DNA of 64,000 nucleotides from Octopus sinensis (lineage: Eukaryota): assembly GCF_006345805.1 (NCBI RefSeq), contig NC_043015.1:3720001-3784000 (forward strand), read 5' to 3'. Every line of letters starts with the position of its first letter. Position 1 is the stretch's first letter. The notes under the pieces are model-generated. The model was not told the DNA's origin. It ran no database searches and worked only from the letters and a program-made list of their open reading frames with translations. This document shows, one piece after another, positions 25,225 to 41,469 of the stretch. A program made the translations under genes and the position numbers.

Positions 25225-26054
25225 ATTTATATGTGTGCTTGTGTGTATAAATTAACAAGCTAAGGAAATGGATTCCTTAAAAAGGTGTCTAAAACATCTA
25301 ATTCACTGGTACGTCAGTTGAATATGGGTATAAATGAATATGAGTATAATTCAAATTGCAAACAATAAATTAAATAGAGATGTCCAATTGACACTCCAAT
25401 AATTTATATATGTTATGATTTAACATAATATACTATGAATATATTATAATATGATATAACGTTAAAATCCTTAAAAAACCAAAATAGCCGACAATTTGTT
25501 TCGTCTTATATACATTATTTAATCTATAAACAATACATATTGTATTTCTAATGTAGTTGAGTGTTAACGCTCATGCTCATAATACATAGGCACTTGAATG
25601 AATTGTTTCCCAATCCACCCGTCCGTTCACAAGGAATTCAGACAAAAGACCTGAAGAGACTTATAGAAGTGAATATGCTTTATTTATAAATGAAAGAATG
25701 TATACATTTCGAGAAAAATTGTTTGCTACTTAGCTTTTTAAGGATATTTCATATTATCTTATGTTATATATATATTCATAGTATATTATCCTATATACTA
25801 ATATAACTAAATCATTGGATTGTCTAACTATATATATATATAATATATATATATATGTATATATGAAGTATATTTAGCACCTAAATGTGGCTGTCCCATA
25901 AGGGATGATGCTGTTGTAATTTATAGCCCCATGGAAACATCTCCTCCAGCTGGATACTGACACACTGCTTGTGCATTATCAGTATTTGCAAAGGGAAATC
26001 ATCGTTCACATCTCAAGCCTTACGTTATACAAATGGACCCTGGGCAATAACTCG

Positions 26055-26335
<281 letters not shown>

Positions 26336-27598
26336 TATGTATATATATATCGATATATGTATGTATTTATGTATACTTATATCCGGGCACGTTTTTTTAT
26401 TTGGTAAATAAAAATTCGAAATCTAAATAAGACCGTAAAAATAACAAGGTAAAGTTTTTTTTTATTTTTTCATTCCCGCCAAAGTTGCCCTTCAATGTAG
26501 TTTGACTGTTCTTTCTAGCCTGTAAAGATGCCTATTAAAGGTAGTTTCTCTTGTGTTTAAATTTACACGATGTTATATTGAGAATATTTGTCTATTGACT
26601 TTTTTTTATACTTGCTAGGTCACTGGTAGTGAAATTTCTAAAATACTCGCTACGGTATACATTTTACGTATTGATTTTAACCTTTTCAGATTATTTCGGC
26701 ATTTTCCCATCCGCTGCTGACTAAAACTGCGCTTGCGCTGTGAATTAAGAAAATTATAATATATAATGATGAGACATGTTATTTGTCTCTAAATTATAAG
26801 CTTATGTTATGGTGCGGTGAGTGATGAGAATTTCGTCTGTCAAATTCTTTTTATTTGCTAAGTAAAATTCGAAATCCATGTATGACCGTAAAAAAAATAA
26901 CAGAGTAAAAGTTATTTTTCATTCACTTCGAAATTGCTCTTATATATGGTTTGATCGATTTCACTGCTTCATCTAGCGTGGAAAGCTGCCTGTTAAAGGT
27001 AGTTTCTCGTGTTTAAATATATATGTATATATTTAAATTTCCACAAAGTTCCTATTCACAACGGTACATGACTGACTTGCTTTTCAATTTACGAATTATT
27101 TTGTTTCTGTACTGGGGCTTAAAATTTTTGCTCATTCTCCCGACATTAATTAATGTGTATTATTGAAATTTTGTGGTTTTGACTGTTACCTTTAGCGACC
27201 CTATGCTACATGTAGTATATTTAAATAATAATTAATTATTTTACTGACATTTTCGTAATGAAGAGTATCCTTACATATATCTTTATAATATATTATTCAC
27301 TCCGATCAATTATTTTTTAAAATTTGCTGTGGAATTAAAAATGGCCATCACGTTCATAATTTGGGATGGCTAAGTTATATGATCCTTATGTCAGTGAGAC
27401 TCACAGCTGAGAAGTAAGTGGCACTTACATAAAGTTCGAAATCATGACGATACGGGTATACCTGGCTTTTCAATTTCCGATTCTTTTCGTTACTGGTACA
27501 GGGGCAAAGCTGTCTTATTCATTGTCCCGCCTTCAATTAATGCGTATCTGTGAAACTTTGGGGCTAGAGCTGTCCTCTGGGTGTTAAATATATATACA

Positions 27599-27629
<31 letters not shown>

Positions 27630-27899
27630 GTGTGTGCGTGAGTGCGTGTGTCTGTGTGTCTGTGTATACACAACCACAAACATCAACTTACTTCTGTGTC
27701 CTCTTTCTGTCTTAGAGTCCACCTCACCCTGTGTTGATCTGAATCCTCTCACTCGAGCAAGATTCTGCTTGAACTCCATTTTTGATGTGTTAACCTGGAA
27801 ACCTTTTGTTTACCAGCTACTCTTTTGTCCATTTCAAATTTCGTATCATGATTTTCTTAGAGACTATACTCTGCTCATTATTATTCCATGATATTTTAT

Positions 27900-28155
27900 C
27901 ATTTTCGTTTTGATTTTTGAGAATATGTGCCTTTGTACAGTTAGATTTCTTTGCAGCGCGTTATCTGTAATCCTGTTTTACGTTATCGGGCGCCATCACC
28001 TAGCTATCTGCATATCTATGGATATCAACTTTTCGACATTCCAATGCACAATTTTTTACGCAGAAATGTTCTGCTCCGTAGAAGACAAGTGGTATAGATG
28101 ATATTTTATACTCTTTGAATTGCGATTGCTTATATTCATATTGACTTGTGATATG

Positions 28156-28197
<42 letters not shown>

Positions 28198-28660
28198 TAT
28201 ATAAACAGATATGTATGTATACGTGTGTGTTTTGGGATATGTCTGTACGCAAGTTATAAATTGTACGCAGACATTTCGTTACTGAAATTACATATGTATC
28301 TTCTTTCTAGGTTGCATTTCACTGCATCTTCCATTATTCTTTCACATTTTACTACGCATAGTATTTTGTAATGATAAGAATCAATCGAGAAGGAGACGTA
28401 TCGCATGATCGAATGGATATATTAGGGCAGTATCATCACTTGCCAATATATGCTGCACCAAGCATATGGGCTCCACTGTATACGATAACTAAGCCAACAT
28501 AACGTTTCCTTGCTGCCGTAGACAAATTCATTTGTAATTTTATACATTAGATTATATCCATGAATACATACACTCTTCCGAATTGCATTTCTTTTTCCCG
28601 TTAATGAATCTCCAGACAAATACATTGTGTATAGAAAATATACAAGATAAAAGAACAAAT
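27900..28660 (-). pseudogene. Possible highly decayed RTE-type RT fragment
   Basis: SIPLVFYGAE resembles the RTE VLPVLLYGxE motif; EFVYGSKE...RI lies upstream. Very degenerate. Confidence 0.25.
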
Positions 28661-29111
28661 TGAATGTTGACGTAATTAAAGTGAAATGTTTTTCGTGTGT
28701 AGGCTAACTCGCGATTCAAAAAGTTATTTCACCACATCCTCGAAGTGAGAAATAGTGGTAAACAACTTTGAACATACAGCTTTGACCTAGTCAGTTGTAT
28801 CATCAAGGGAACCATTTCGTTGTCAACTGAGATTGGAAGTAATAATTTTAGACGATTAAATTAGTGTTGAATTAGATATTTCAGCGGACACTTTGAAATT
28901 ATTCTACCTGTCAGTCGACACGCTTTGCGTCTTGCATATTGGGGATAAAGTAAATGTGTGGAACAAGGAACAAAATAATTCCTGCTGTCACAAATGCTTC
29001 AAAAAGAAAGCTGGAAATGAATCGGGAGAGCAAAACTATCGGTAACAGCCACATAAATAATGACAGCGCTCGAACAACAATAATAATAATAATAATAATA
29101 ATCATAATAAT

Positions 29112-29367
29112 AACAGAGACAACTACTATAATAGTAGGTGCATTAAGCATGATAAAAAAATATTCAGACAAATACATAACAAAAACACCAGGACTTACAA
29201 ACACATATAACATATGAAAATTGCACTACTAGGCACTGCACACATCCTACGCAGAACACTTTCCATACAATAACCATCATAGCATCACAACAAGTCACAG
29301 CACATACCTAAGGCTCACACAGCTGCGCTCGGTAGTGAAGTGAAAGCACGCTATAAAAATAAAACTA

Positions 29368-29370
<3 letters not shown>
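29112..29370 (+). mobile_element. Dong/R4 subfamily A, short 3' fragment in (AAT)n
   Basis: IIVGALSMIKKYSDKYITKTPGLTNTYN; ends AAAACTACTG|AATAAT like the other A copies. Confidence 0.92.
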
Positions 29371-29449
<79 letters not shown>

Positions 29450-29456
29450 TTAATAA

Positions 29457-32776
<3,320 letters not shown>

Positions 32777-32820
32777 GTAATAATAATAATAATAATGATA
32801 ATAGTAATAATAATAATAAA

Positions 32821-33372
32821 TGCCATGATGCGGTACCAGACAGTGACTCTCATGGCTTCTGATCTTAACTGATTGGAAGTGTTATCATGTACATTGTTTT
32901 GTCTTGGTATAAAAGATCGGCTACTGCAACTATTCTGCTCAATACCACATATTTTCTTGTCAGTTGTTTGATCTTAACCGTTGACCATGTCCCTTAGTGG
33001 CTGACGATATGTGCATCTCTGATCAAAAGCAGAAGTAGTTGGGAGCAACATCGCCGTGAGTTGAAAGGAATTATTAGAGGTTTCGATAATTGACATTTGG
33101 AAACAAGAGTGGGTCATGCAGCATCCTTAAACAATCCTTATTCAGGGACCTTTTGAGCGGGATGGGCTACTTGACCAGAAAAAAAATTTAACTGGGCCCC
33201 AGCTGTAAGATCATGTGCCGTTTATCTCGATATGATATCATCATGTCGAGCACATATGGTTGTGATGCATGTGTCTGGTATACCTTATCAGACGAGTAGT
33301 CATGATGTGTATACTGGGTTTCGTATATTTTACCCCAGTGTCACCTTGATACCATGTACTGCTCTTTCACTC
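32821..33372 (+). mobile_element. ~555-bp non-coding element in (AAT)n (copy 1)
   Basis: Homologous over its full length to 56185-56738; same start (AAATGCC) and same end (CTCACTC|AATAAT). Confidence 0.8.
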
Positions 33373-33393
33373 AATAATAAAAATAAAAATAAA

Positions 33394-33447
<54 letters not shown>

Positions 33448-33452
33448 AATAA

Positions 33453-33507
<55 letters not shown>

Positions 33508-33520
33508 TAATAATAATAAT

Positions 33521-33689
33521 AACAATAATAATAACAATGATGATAATAGTAATATTATTAACCATAGGAGAGGGAGGGAAGGAGGGAGATACCTTTCGGT
33601 CATGAAATACCATGGGATTGCACCTAGAAAGTTACCCTCCGAGGTAAAAGTCCAGGTAATAATAATCGTAATAATAATAATAATAATAA

Positions 33690-33727
<38 letters not shown>

Positions 33728-33753
33728 TAATAATAACAATAATAATAATAATA

Positions 33754-33801
<48 letters not shown>

Positions 33802-33940
33802 TAATAATAACAATGATGATAATAGTAATAATATTAACCATTGGGGAAAGGAGGGAAGGAGGGAGAGACCTTTCGGTCATGAAATACCATGGGATTGCAC
33901 CTAGAAAGTTACCCTCCGAGGTAAAAGTCCAGGTAATAAT
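33521..33940. repeat. ~277-bp tandem duplication containing an inverted SINE-B tail in (AAT)n
   Basis: Cores 33560-33657 and 33836-33934. GGATTGCACCTAGAAAGTTACCC is the reverse complement of the SINE tail at ~6381-6403. Confidence 0.85.
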
Positions 33941-33941
33941 G

Positions 33942-34018
<77 letters not shown>

Positions 34019-34020
<2 letters not shown>

Positions 34021-35412
34021 GAGAAAATAAAAAAAGAATATTATAGACGAGTTAGATCAATACTAAAAACAGAGCTCAATGCTAAAAACAAGATAATAGG
34101 TATCAACACTTTAGCTGTCCCAGTTATAAGTTACAGCTACAATATCCTTAACTGGACACGAAATGAACTGTCCAAAATAGATACGAAGACAAGACAAATA
34201 CTGACAGGATCTAGGATGCATCACCCAAAATCTGACATTGAAAGACTATATATACAACGTATAGAATTTGGTAGAGGCCTTATACAGCTGGAAAACTACT
34301 ATAAAATAACCACCATGGGACTGCAAAAATACCTACTTCAGAAAGAAGTAAACTGATCCAGATAGCAGCAAAACACGAGCAAAACAAAAAACTGTTCTCA
34401 GTATTTAAGGAAGCTGACAAACACAAACAAGAAATCATACCACCTAATAAACGCAAAGAAGAAGAAGAAGATGATGAAGAAACAACAAAAGCTATAAAAC
34501 AAATGAAATCCAAACTAAAAATAGAACAGCAACGAGCCATGATAAAACGATGGCAAGAAAAACCCCTTCATGGTAAATACTGCACTAAACTAAACGCAAA
34601 AGAAATAGACAACGAAAAATCCCAGCAATGGTTGAGAAGCTCAGGACTCAAAGCAGAAACAGAGGGATTTTTAATTGCAGCACAAGACCAAAGCCTCCCC
34701 ACCTGAAATTACCAAAAACATGTAATGAAAAGAAATATTACAAGTAACTGCAGAATATGTGGAGATGGACAAGAAACAATAAATCATATTATCTCTAGCT
34801 GCCCAGTCCTGGCTAAGAAGGAATATATTCACAGACATGACAGAGTTGGAACCTACATACATTGGAAGCTATGCCAACATTATGGAATAACAACAGAAAA
34901 AAGACGGTATAGGCACACACCAGAAAAGGTCACAGAAAACGAGAAAGCAACCATACTCTGGGATATGCCGATACACACAGATAGAGAAATTAAGTCCAGT
35001 AGACCAGATATAGTTGTCAGAGATCATGCAGGAAAAAAATGCTTTCTAATCGATGTATCAATACCGGCAGATGACAACGTGTCTCTAAAAGAAATGGAGA
35101 AACTCTCAAAATACAAAGACCTGGAAATAGAGGTAACTAGAATGTGGAACCTGAAAACAGAAACAATTCCTATCATAGTAGGTGCATTAGGCATGATAAA
35201 AAAATATTCAGACAAATACATAACAAAAACACCAGGACTTACAAACACATATAACATACAGAAAATTGCACTACTAGGCACTGCACACATCCTACGCAGA
35301 ACACTTTCCATACAACAACCATCAGAGCATCACAACAAATCACAGCACATACCCAAGGCACACAGAGCTGCGCTCGGTAGTGAAGTGAAAGCACGCTATA
35401 AAAACAAAACTA

Positions 35413-35415
<3 letters not shown>
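34019..35415 (+). mobile_element. Dong/R4 subfamily A, 5'-truncated
   Basis: ORFs 34503-34706 and 34725-35420: CCHC finger CRICGDGQETINHIISSC, RPDIVVRD, KYKDLEIE. (AAT)n flanks. Confidence 0.95.
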
Positions 35416-35496
<81 letters not shown>

Positions 35497-35559
35497 TATA
35501 ATATAAATAATAATGGTTATAATAAAGAAATTTGGGGTATGATCTGGGAAGGGATTAGG

Positions 35560-37290
35560 GGAAACTCAATCATTTGCTATTCATGGACAACCTGAAGTAA
35601 TTCACGAAAACTGAGGAAGGATTGTACTGCATAGCCCAGTCTATGTCGATTTTCTCCAGTGATATTACGATGGAATTTTGTGCTCTCAGAATATGCTACA
35701 ATGAGGATGCGAGAAAAGAAGGCATATATTTGCCAAGTGGTGAAATGATGAAAGCAGTACGACCTCAATCCAGCTATAAATACCTGGGAATACTTGAAGC
35801 AGAGAGATTCAAACACCACGACATGAAGGAAAATACAAGAAGTGAGTATCTGCGGTGAGAAAGAAAAATATTGCCTTCAGAGATATAATTTCGAAAATGA
35901 TAAACACGCGCCCAGTCTCAGTTGTTCGGTAGGGAGCTGGAATCCTGAAGTGGACAGATGCGGAGCTAAAGGAGAAGGACAGGGAGTGAAGGAATTTCTC
36001 CTAATGATGAACGGAATCCATCAGCCACGTGCAGACACTGATCGCCTATACATGAAAAGAACAAATGCAGGAAGGGGTCAAAGTGTGAAAGGGGTAGTAC
36101 GAATCGAATTTGAGAGCTTAATGAGATACCTAGTCTAAAGTAAGGAAACCTTGCTAGTGACGGTTAGGAACGAAGGAGTATTGAGAGTAGAGAAAAAAAA
36201 AGGGAAAACAATGGAAGAAGTACAAACACACATTACGAAAGAAATGACTGCACAATCAATTCCATATAGAAGTTACTGGGAAAAAATATGTGGGATTTAC
36301 TAAAGAAAGGAATCCTAAAAACGAGCGCGAGCACTATAGTGGTCGCGCAGGACCAAGCGCTAGCCCCGAACTTGACGGGCAACGAACTTCAGGGGCAACG
36401 TGAGGAATGAGCAACTGTCTCATCTGCCGCATCTGCAATGGTGGGTTGAAGCCATTGACCACAGCACGATCGAATACCTTAGATGCGCCCAAAACGATTA
36501 GAAGTTGTTGCGACACTACCAGATAGCTAAAATGCTAAATTGTGAAAATGGGGGCTAGAGAGACGTAACATGAGGTATGAACACAAACTGCAGAGAGTGG
36601 CAATTTCGGAGGCTAGCAAAATAATCTGGGATTTTCCTTTATCACCGTAAACTGTCTGCTTTATATGGATGATCTGAAGCTATTTGCTAGAAATTACTAA
36701 GAGCTGGTAAAGCGGCTAACAAGTGTTAAAATGTTCAGGAAAGATTTCGGGATGGATTTTCGCCTTGATAATTGTTGTACAGCTGTTATAAGAGGTACGT
36801 TCAAGCATACAGCTGCTATTAAATAAAATACCTACACTATAATTAAAAAATTTGACCCACAAGAACGCTATAAATACATGAGGATAAGCGAAAGAGATGG
36901 CATAGAACATGCTACAATGGACGAAGAAAAAAAAGATAGTAGTATTATAACAGAATATGAATCATCCTAAGATACTTAACTCAACATCAAAAATAACATC
37001 GGGGCCATTAACACCCTGGCACTTCAGTTTTGACATCATTAACTGGAAACTTATAGAGCTCCAACGCATGGATAGGAAGACAATATAACTTGTGACACTC
37101 AGGTGCATGCACCACTCAAAAGCAGACAATGCTTGGTTGTATCGGTCTATAAGTAAGCGGAGAAGAGGAATAATAAATGTAAAGCTGTGGAATATGACCG
37201 CCACTATTGCAATGAACAAGTATTTATCTGCTACATAGAAGTAAATGCTGCGGCATGTGTACAAACACGGAAGGTGCAAAAAATCATAAT
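35560..37290 (+). mobile_element. Two old, divergent R4/Dong-like RT fragments
   Basis: HLLFMDNLK...YKYLGILEAE...ADTDRLYMKRTNAGRG...AQDQAL (35560-36620) and LLYMDDLKLFA...NNIGAINTLA...ELQRMDRK (36640-37290). Confidence 0.8.
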
Positions 37291-38124
37291 CTCTTGCCAA
37301 GGAAGATTGAAAACTCTAATGGTATATTAAACTTTTCAATTCGTTGCTGCTTTGCCGTACTAGTTTTTAGTGTTTATTCTTGTCGTTTTCTATATCATTG
37401 TCTTTCTGATTGTGTTCACTACGATGACTTCAAGGTTTGTAAGTGTGACACTTCTTCCATTTCGTTTTAATATGCTTCTTGCACTCTTAAATAATTCATT
37501 GAGAAATTTATATTTTCTTATAGTTCACGAACCACCTCGTTGAAATTATTATCGCTCGATTTGTGGTTTTAGACGTTTCAGCGACGGAATTTCCGCTAAT
37601 TGCTGCTGTGTGGAGCTGTTGGTTGAATCTACATGACTTATGTGTGAAATATTTTTTTTTGCCGTCTTCCAATTTCATTGTTGTCAATTTGTAGATGCAT
37701 AATTTTCCTTTCATGTTGGTACTGTATATTTTGTTGTTGGTGCAGATTTCGTTGTTGCTGCTACTACGTTTTTCACTTTTTTGTAGGCTAATCAGGACCG
37801 TTATTGATCGTGACAAAAAATTTCACCTTGAAATCCACCTGCCACATTCCTCACATTCTCGTTCGGTGTTGAAATCGACGACGTTTCAGATTTTGCTAAA
37901 CATTTCGAAAAGTAATATTTTCCTTTTGATAGGGTGCACCTTAAGGCATATAACAATAATTTTCCTCAAACCATCATTGTCTACTCATAATACGACACAA
38001 TTCAACAACAAAGAAGAGACAAATATACTTATAACTATAAAAACAAGTCAATAATTTCAGAGAGTTCGCGACATGTCTACATTTGAAAAGGAACAACAAC
38101 GACAACAATAATAAACTAATAGTA

Positions 38125-38555
38125 ATGGGCTACAGCAAATACTCTGCCTAATAACACAGATTGGCTTGTCAGTTGTTTGACCTTAACCTCTTAGTGGCTG
38201 ACGATATGTGGCTCTCTGATCACGAACAGAAGTAGTGGGAGAGCATCATAGTCATGTGTGGAAATTCTTTCGGGCTTGAATAATTTAACTTTGAAAACAT
38301 GGGTGTTTTCTTAAACATCATTTTACAATACGTATTCAAGGACCTTTTGAGCGGGATGGGGTCAAAATTCTAACAGGGCCCCACCGGCAATGTCATGCTT
38401 TGATTATCTGAATATGACATTCGTGTGTCACGCACATATGATTATCATGCATATGACTTGTGTACCCTTATCAGATGGGTAGTCATGATGGGTTCACTGG
38501 GCTTCGTATATTTTATCCCAGTGTCACTTTGATAGCATGCACCACTCTCTCACTC
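38125..38555 (+). mobile_element. ~555-bp element, 5'-truncated diverged copy
   Basis: Starts at internal ATGGGCTACAGCAAATA; ends CTCTCACTC followed by (AAT)n. Confidence 0.8.
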
Positions 38556-38558
38556 ATC

Positions 38559-38602
<44 letters not shown>

Positions 38603-38683
38603 TAATAACAACAACAACAACAATGACAATACTACTACTACTACTACTACTACTAATAATAATAATAATAATAATGATAATAA

Positions 38684-38718
<35 letters not shown>

Positions 38719-38758
38719 TAATAATAATACTACTAATAATAATAATAATAATAATAAT

Positions 38759-40012
38759 CTGCCAAGAAAAGAGGGAGGCCGTGGTCTTTTGCAACTGGCA
38801 ATAACAATGAAGATTGCTACAATTGGCCTAGACACCTACCTGAAAAACTCTGAGGACTGGATGTTAAAACTTGTCTTAAAACATGAAAACAAGAAAGCAT
38901 CATACTCAGTCACAAAACAGGCAAAGGAATATCTAAGTGAATTCCGAATACAACCAATTTCGGAATTAGAGATAGACATACAAGAAACAAGCACAGAAAA
39001 AGCTAGGCGCATGAAAACCCGTGCCAAAACTGCGGCCTTAGATATTCTGAATAATAAATGGCAAGAAAAACCTCTTTATAGCAAATACCCAAAGAGAGCG
39101 AATAATGCAGATATCGACAAAGCCCTGACCCATCAATGGCTAATGGCCTCTGGCTTAAAATCTGAAACAGAGGGGTTTATCATAGCAGCTCAAGATCAAT
39201 GCCTACCAACAAGAAACTACCAGGCCAACATATTAAAGATCAGAAGCAGTCCAACGTGTCGTGTATGCAAGCAACAAAAATGAAACCATTGACCATGTGG
39301 TCTCCAAGTGCAGTCTTCTAGCGCCTACAGAGTATCTCAACAGGCACGATAGAGCTGCACAATATATTCACTGGGTAATCTGTAAAAACTGGATTTGCCC
39401 CATGAAAAAAATGGTGGGAACACAAACCACCCCCAGTGCTTGAAAATGACCACATCTCACTCCTCTGGAACTTCACCATTCAAACTGACAGGAAGATAGA
39501 TGCAAATAGGCCAGACATCATATTGAAAGACTTCAAACAAAGAACATGCCTCCTCATTGATATGACTGTCCCAATCGATATAAACGTATCTGTCAGGACC
39601 TACCAAAAACTGAGCAAATATAAAGATCTTGAAATAGAAATCAGCAAAATGTGGAAGCTGAAGACTAAAACAATACCTGTTGTCATAGGTGCCCTGGGAA
39701 TGATAGCAAAAGGGGCTGATAGCTACCTAACTCAGATACCAGGAAACCCAAAAATGACAGAAGTTCAAAAGATAGTGCTCATGGGAACTGCTCATATCCT
39801 ACGCAAAATACTCTCTATGTAACCTCAAGGTTTAAAACAACCATAATTTTCGGTTTAAAAAAAAAAAAAAAAAACACTTTTTTTTTAGACATTCATTAGT
39901 ACAACATCCCCACCCCCAAATATATGGCACACTAGCCATAACAACAACATGAACTTCCAACCCTGTTGTCTCTTGAGGTCTCTGTACAAATATAAAGCAA
40001 AAGTCAAACATA

Positions 40013-40013
<1 letters not shown>
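38759..40013 (+). mobile_element. Dong/R4 subfamily B, 5'-truncated
   Basis: ORFs 38789-39283 and 39436-39822: WLMASGLKSETEGFIIAAQDQ, CRVC...ETIDH, RPDIILKD, KYKDLEIE. Ends GTCAAACATAG|AATAAT. Confidence 0.95.
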
Positions 40014-40080
<67 letters not shown>

Positions 40081-40499
40081 TAATAATAATAATAATATTA
40101 ATAATAATAATAAATATGGCAGCTGTAAAAAAACAACCAAGGTATTTTAAATCAAGAAATATTCAGGATTACGAATGAATTTATTCTAATAGTGAAAAAC
40201 TCAAGTGTACCTTAGATTTCCTGCTTTATAATATATTTTTGCAGTAATAGGAATAATATCAGAGCGAATAGGTTGAGGATGACTGAGTCACTCATACGGC
40301 GATTACAGTCTTACAGCTGAACGTCGGTTTCAGTGAAGGGAGGGATAATATCAAGTAATTAATCTAAAAGCTTATATTGAATCAAAACCATCATTTCCCC
40401 CCAGTGTTATCAGTGTTTGCTATTGCTTTATTCATTTTGAGGACTGATGTAGAGGTTATACTTGCCGTCTGAGTTAGTTCTGCATCATCATTACACTTT

Positions 40500-40895
<396 letters not shown>

Positions 40896-41256
40896 CATTG
40901 TTGAGTTTTTTTTTTCTCTTACAACATCCTCCTCTTTGTTGCTGTTGTTTTAATGGTATAAAGTCTGCAAAATTTCCTTATGTTATTGTTTTGAATTACT
41001 GTTTATGTTAATGGTATTATATCTGATATATATCACATTTGTGCTTTCCAAAATGTTTTTTTTAATATAAATTATTTTTTGCAACATTATTTTTGAGATT
41101 GAGAGCTGTAGAATCGTTCACTTCCCGGACGAAATGCTGAGTTATATTGCTTTTCATCCTTTTGGGGCCTATAAACTAAATACCAGTTTAACAGAGGGGT
41201 CCCTGTAATCGACACACAACATAATCAAACTTGCTGTCCATGTGACATTATTATTA

Positions 41257-41333
<77 letters not shown>

Positions 41334-41352
41334 GTTATTATTATTATCATTA

Positions 41353-41389
<37 letters not shown>

Positions 41390-41432
41390 GTTATTATTAT
41401 TATTAATATTATTATTATTATTATTATTATTA

Positions 41433-41469
<37 letters not shown>

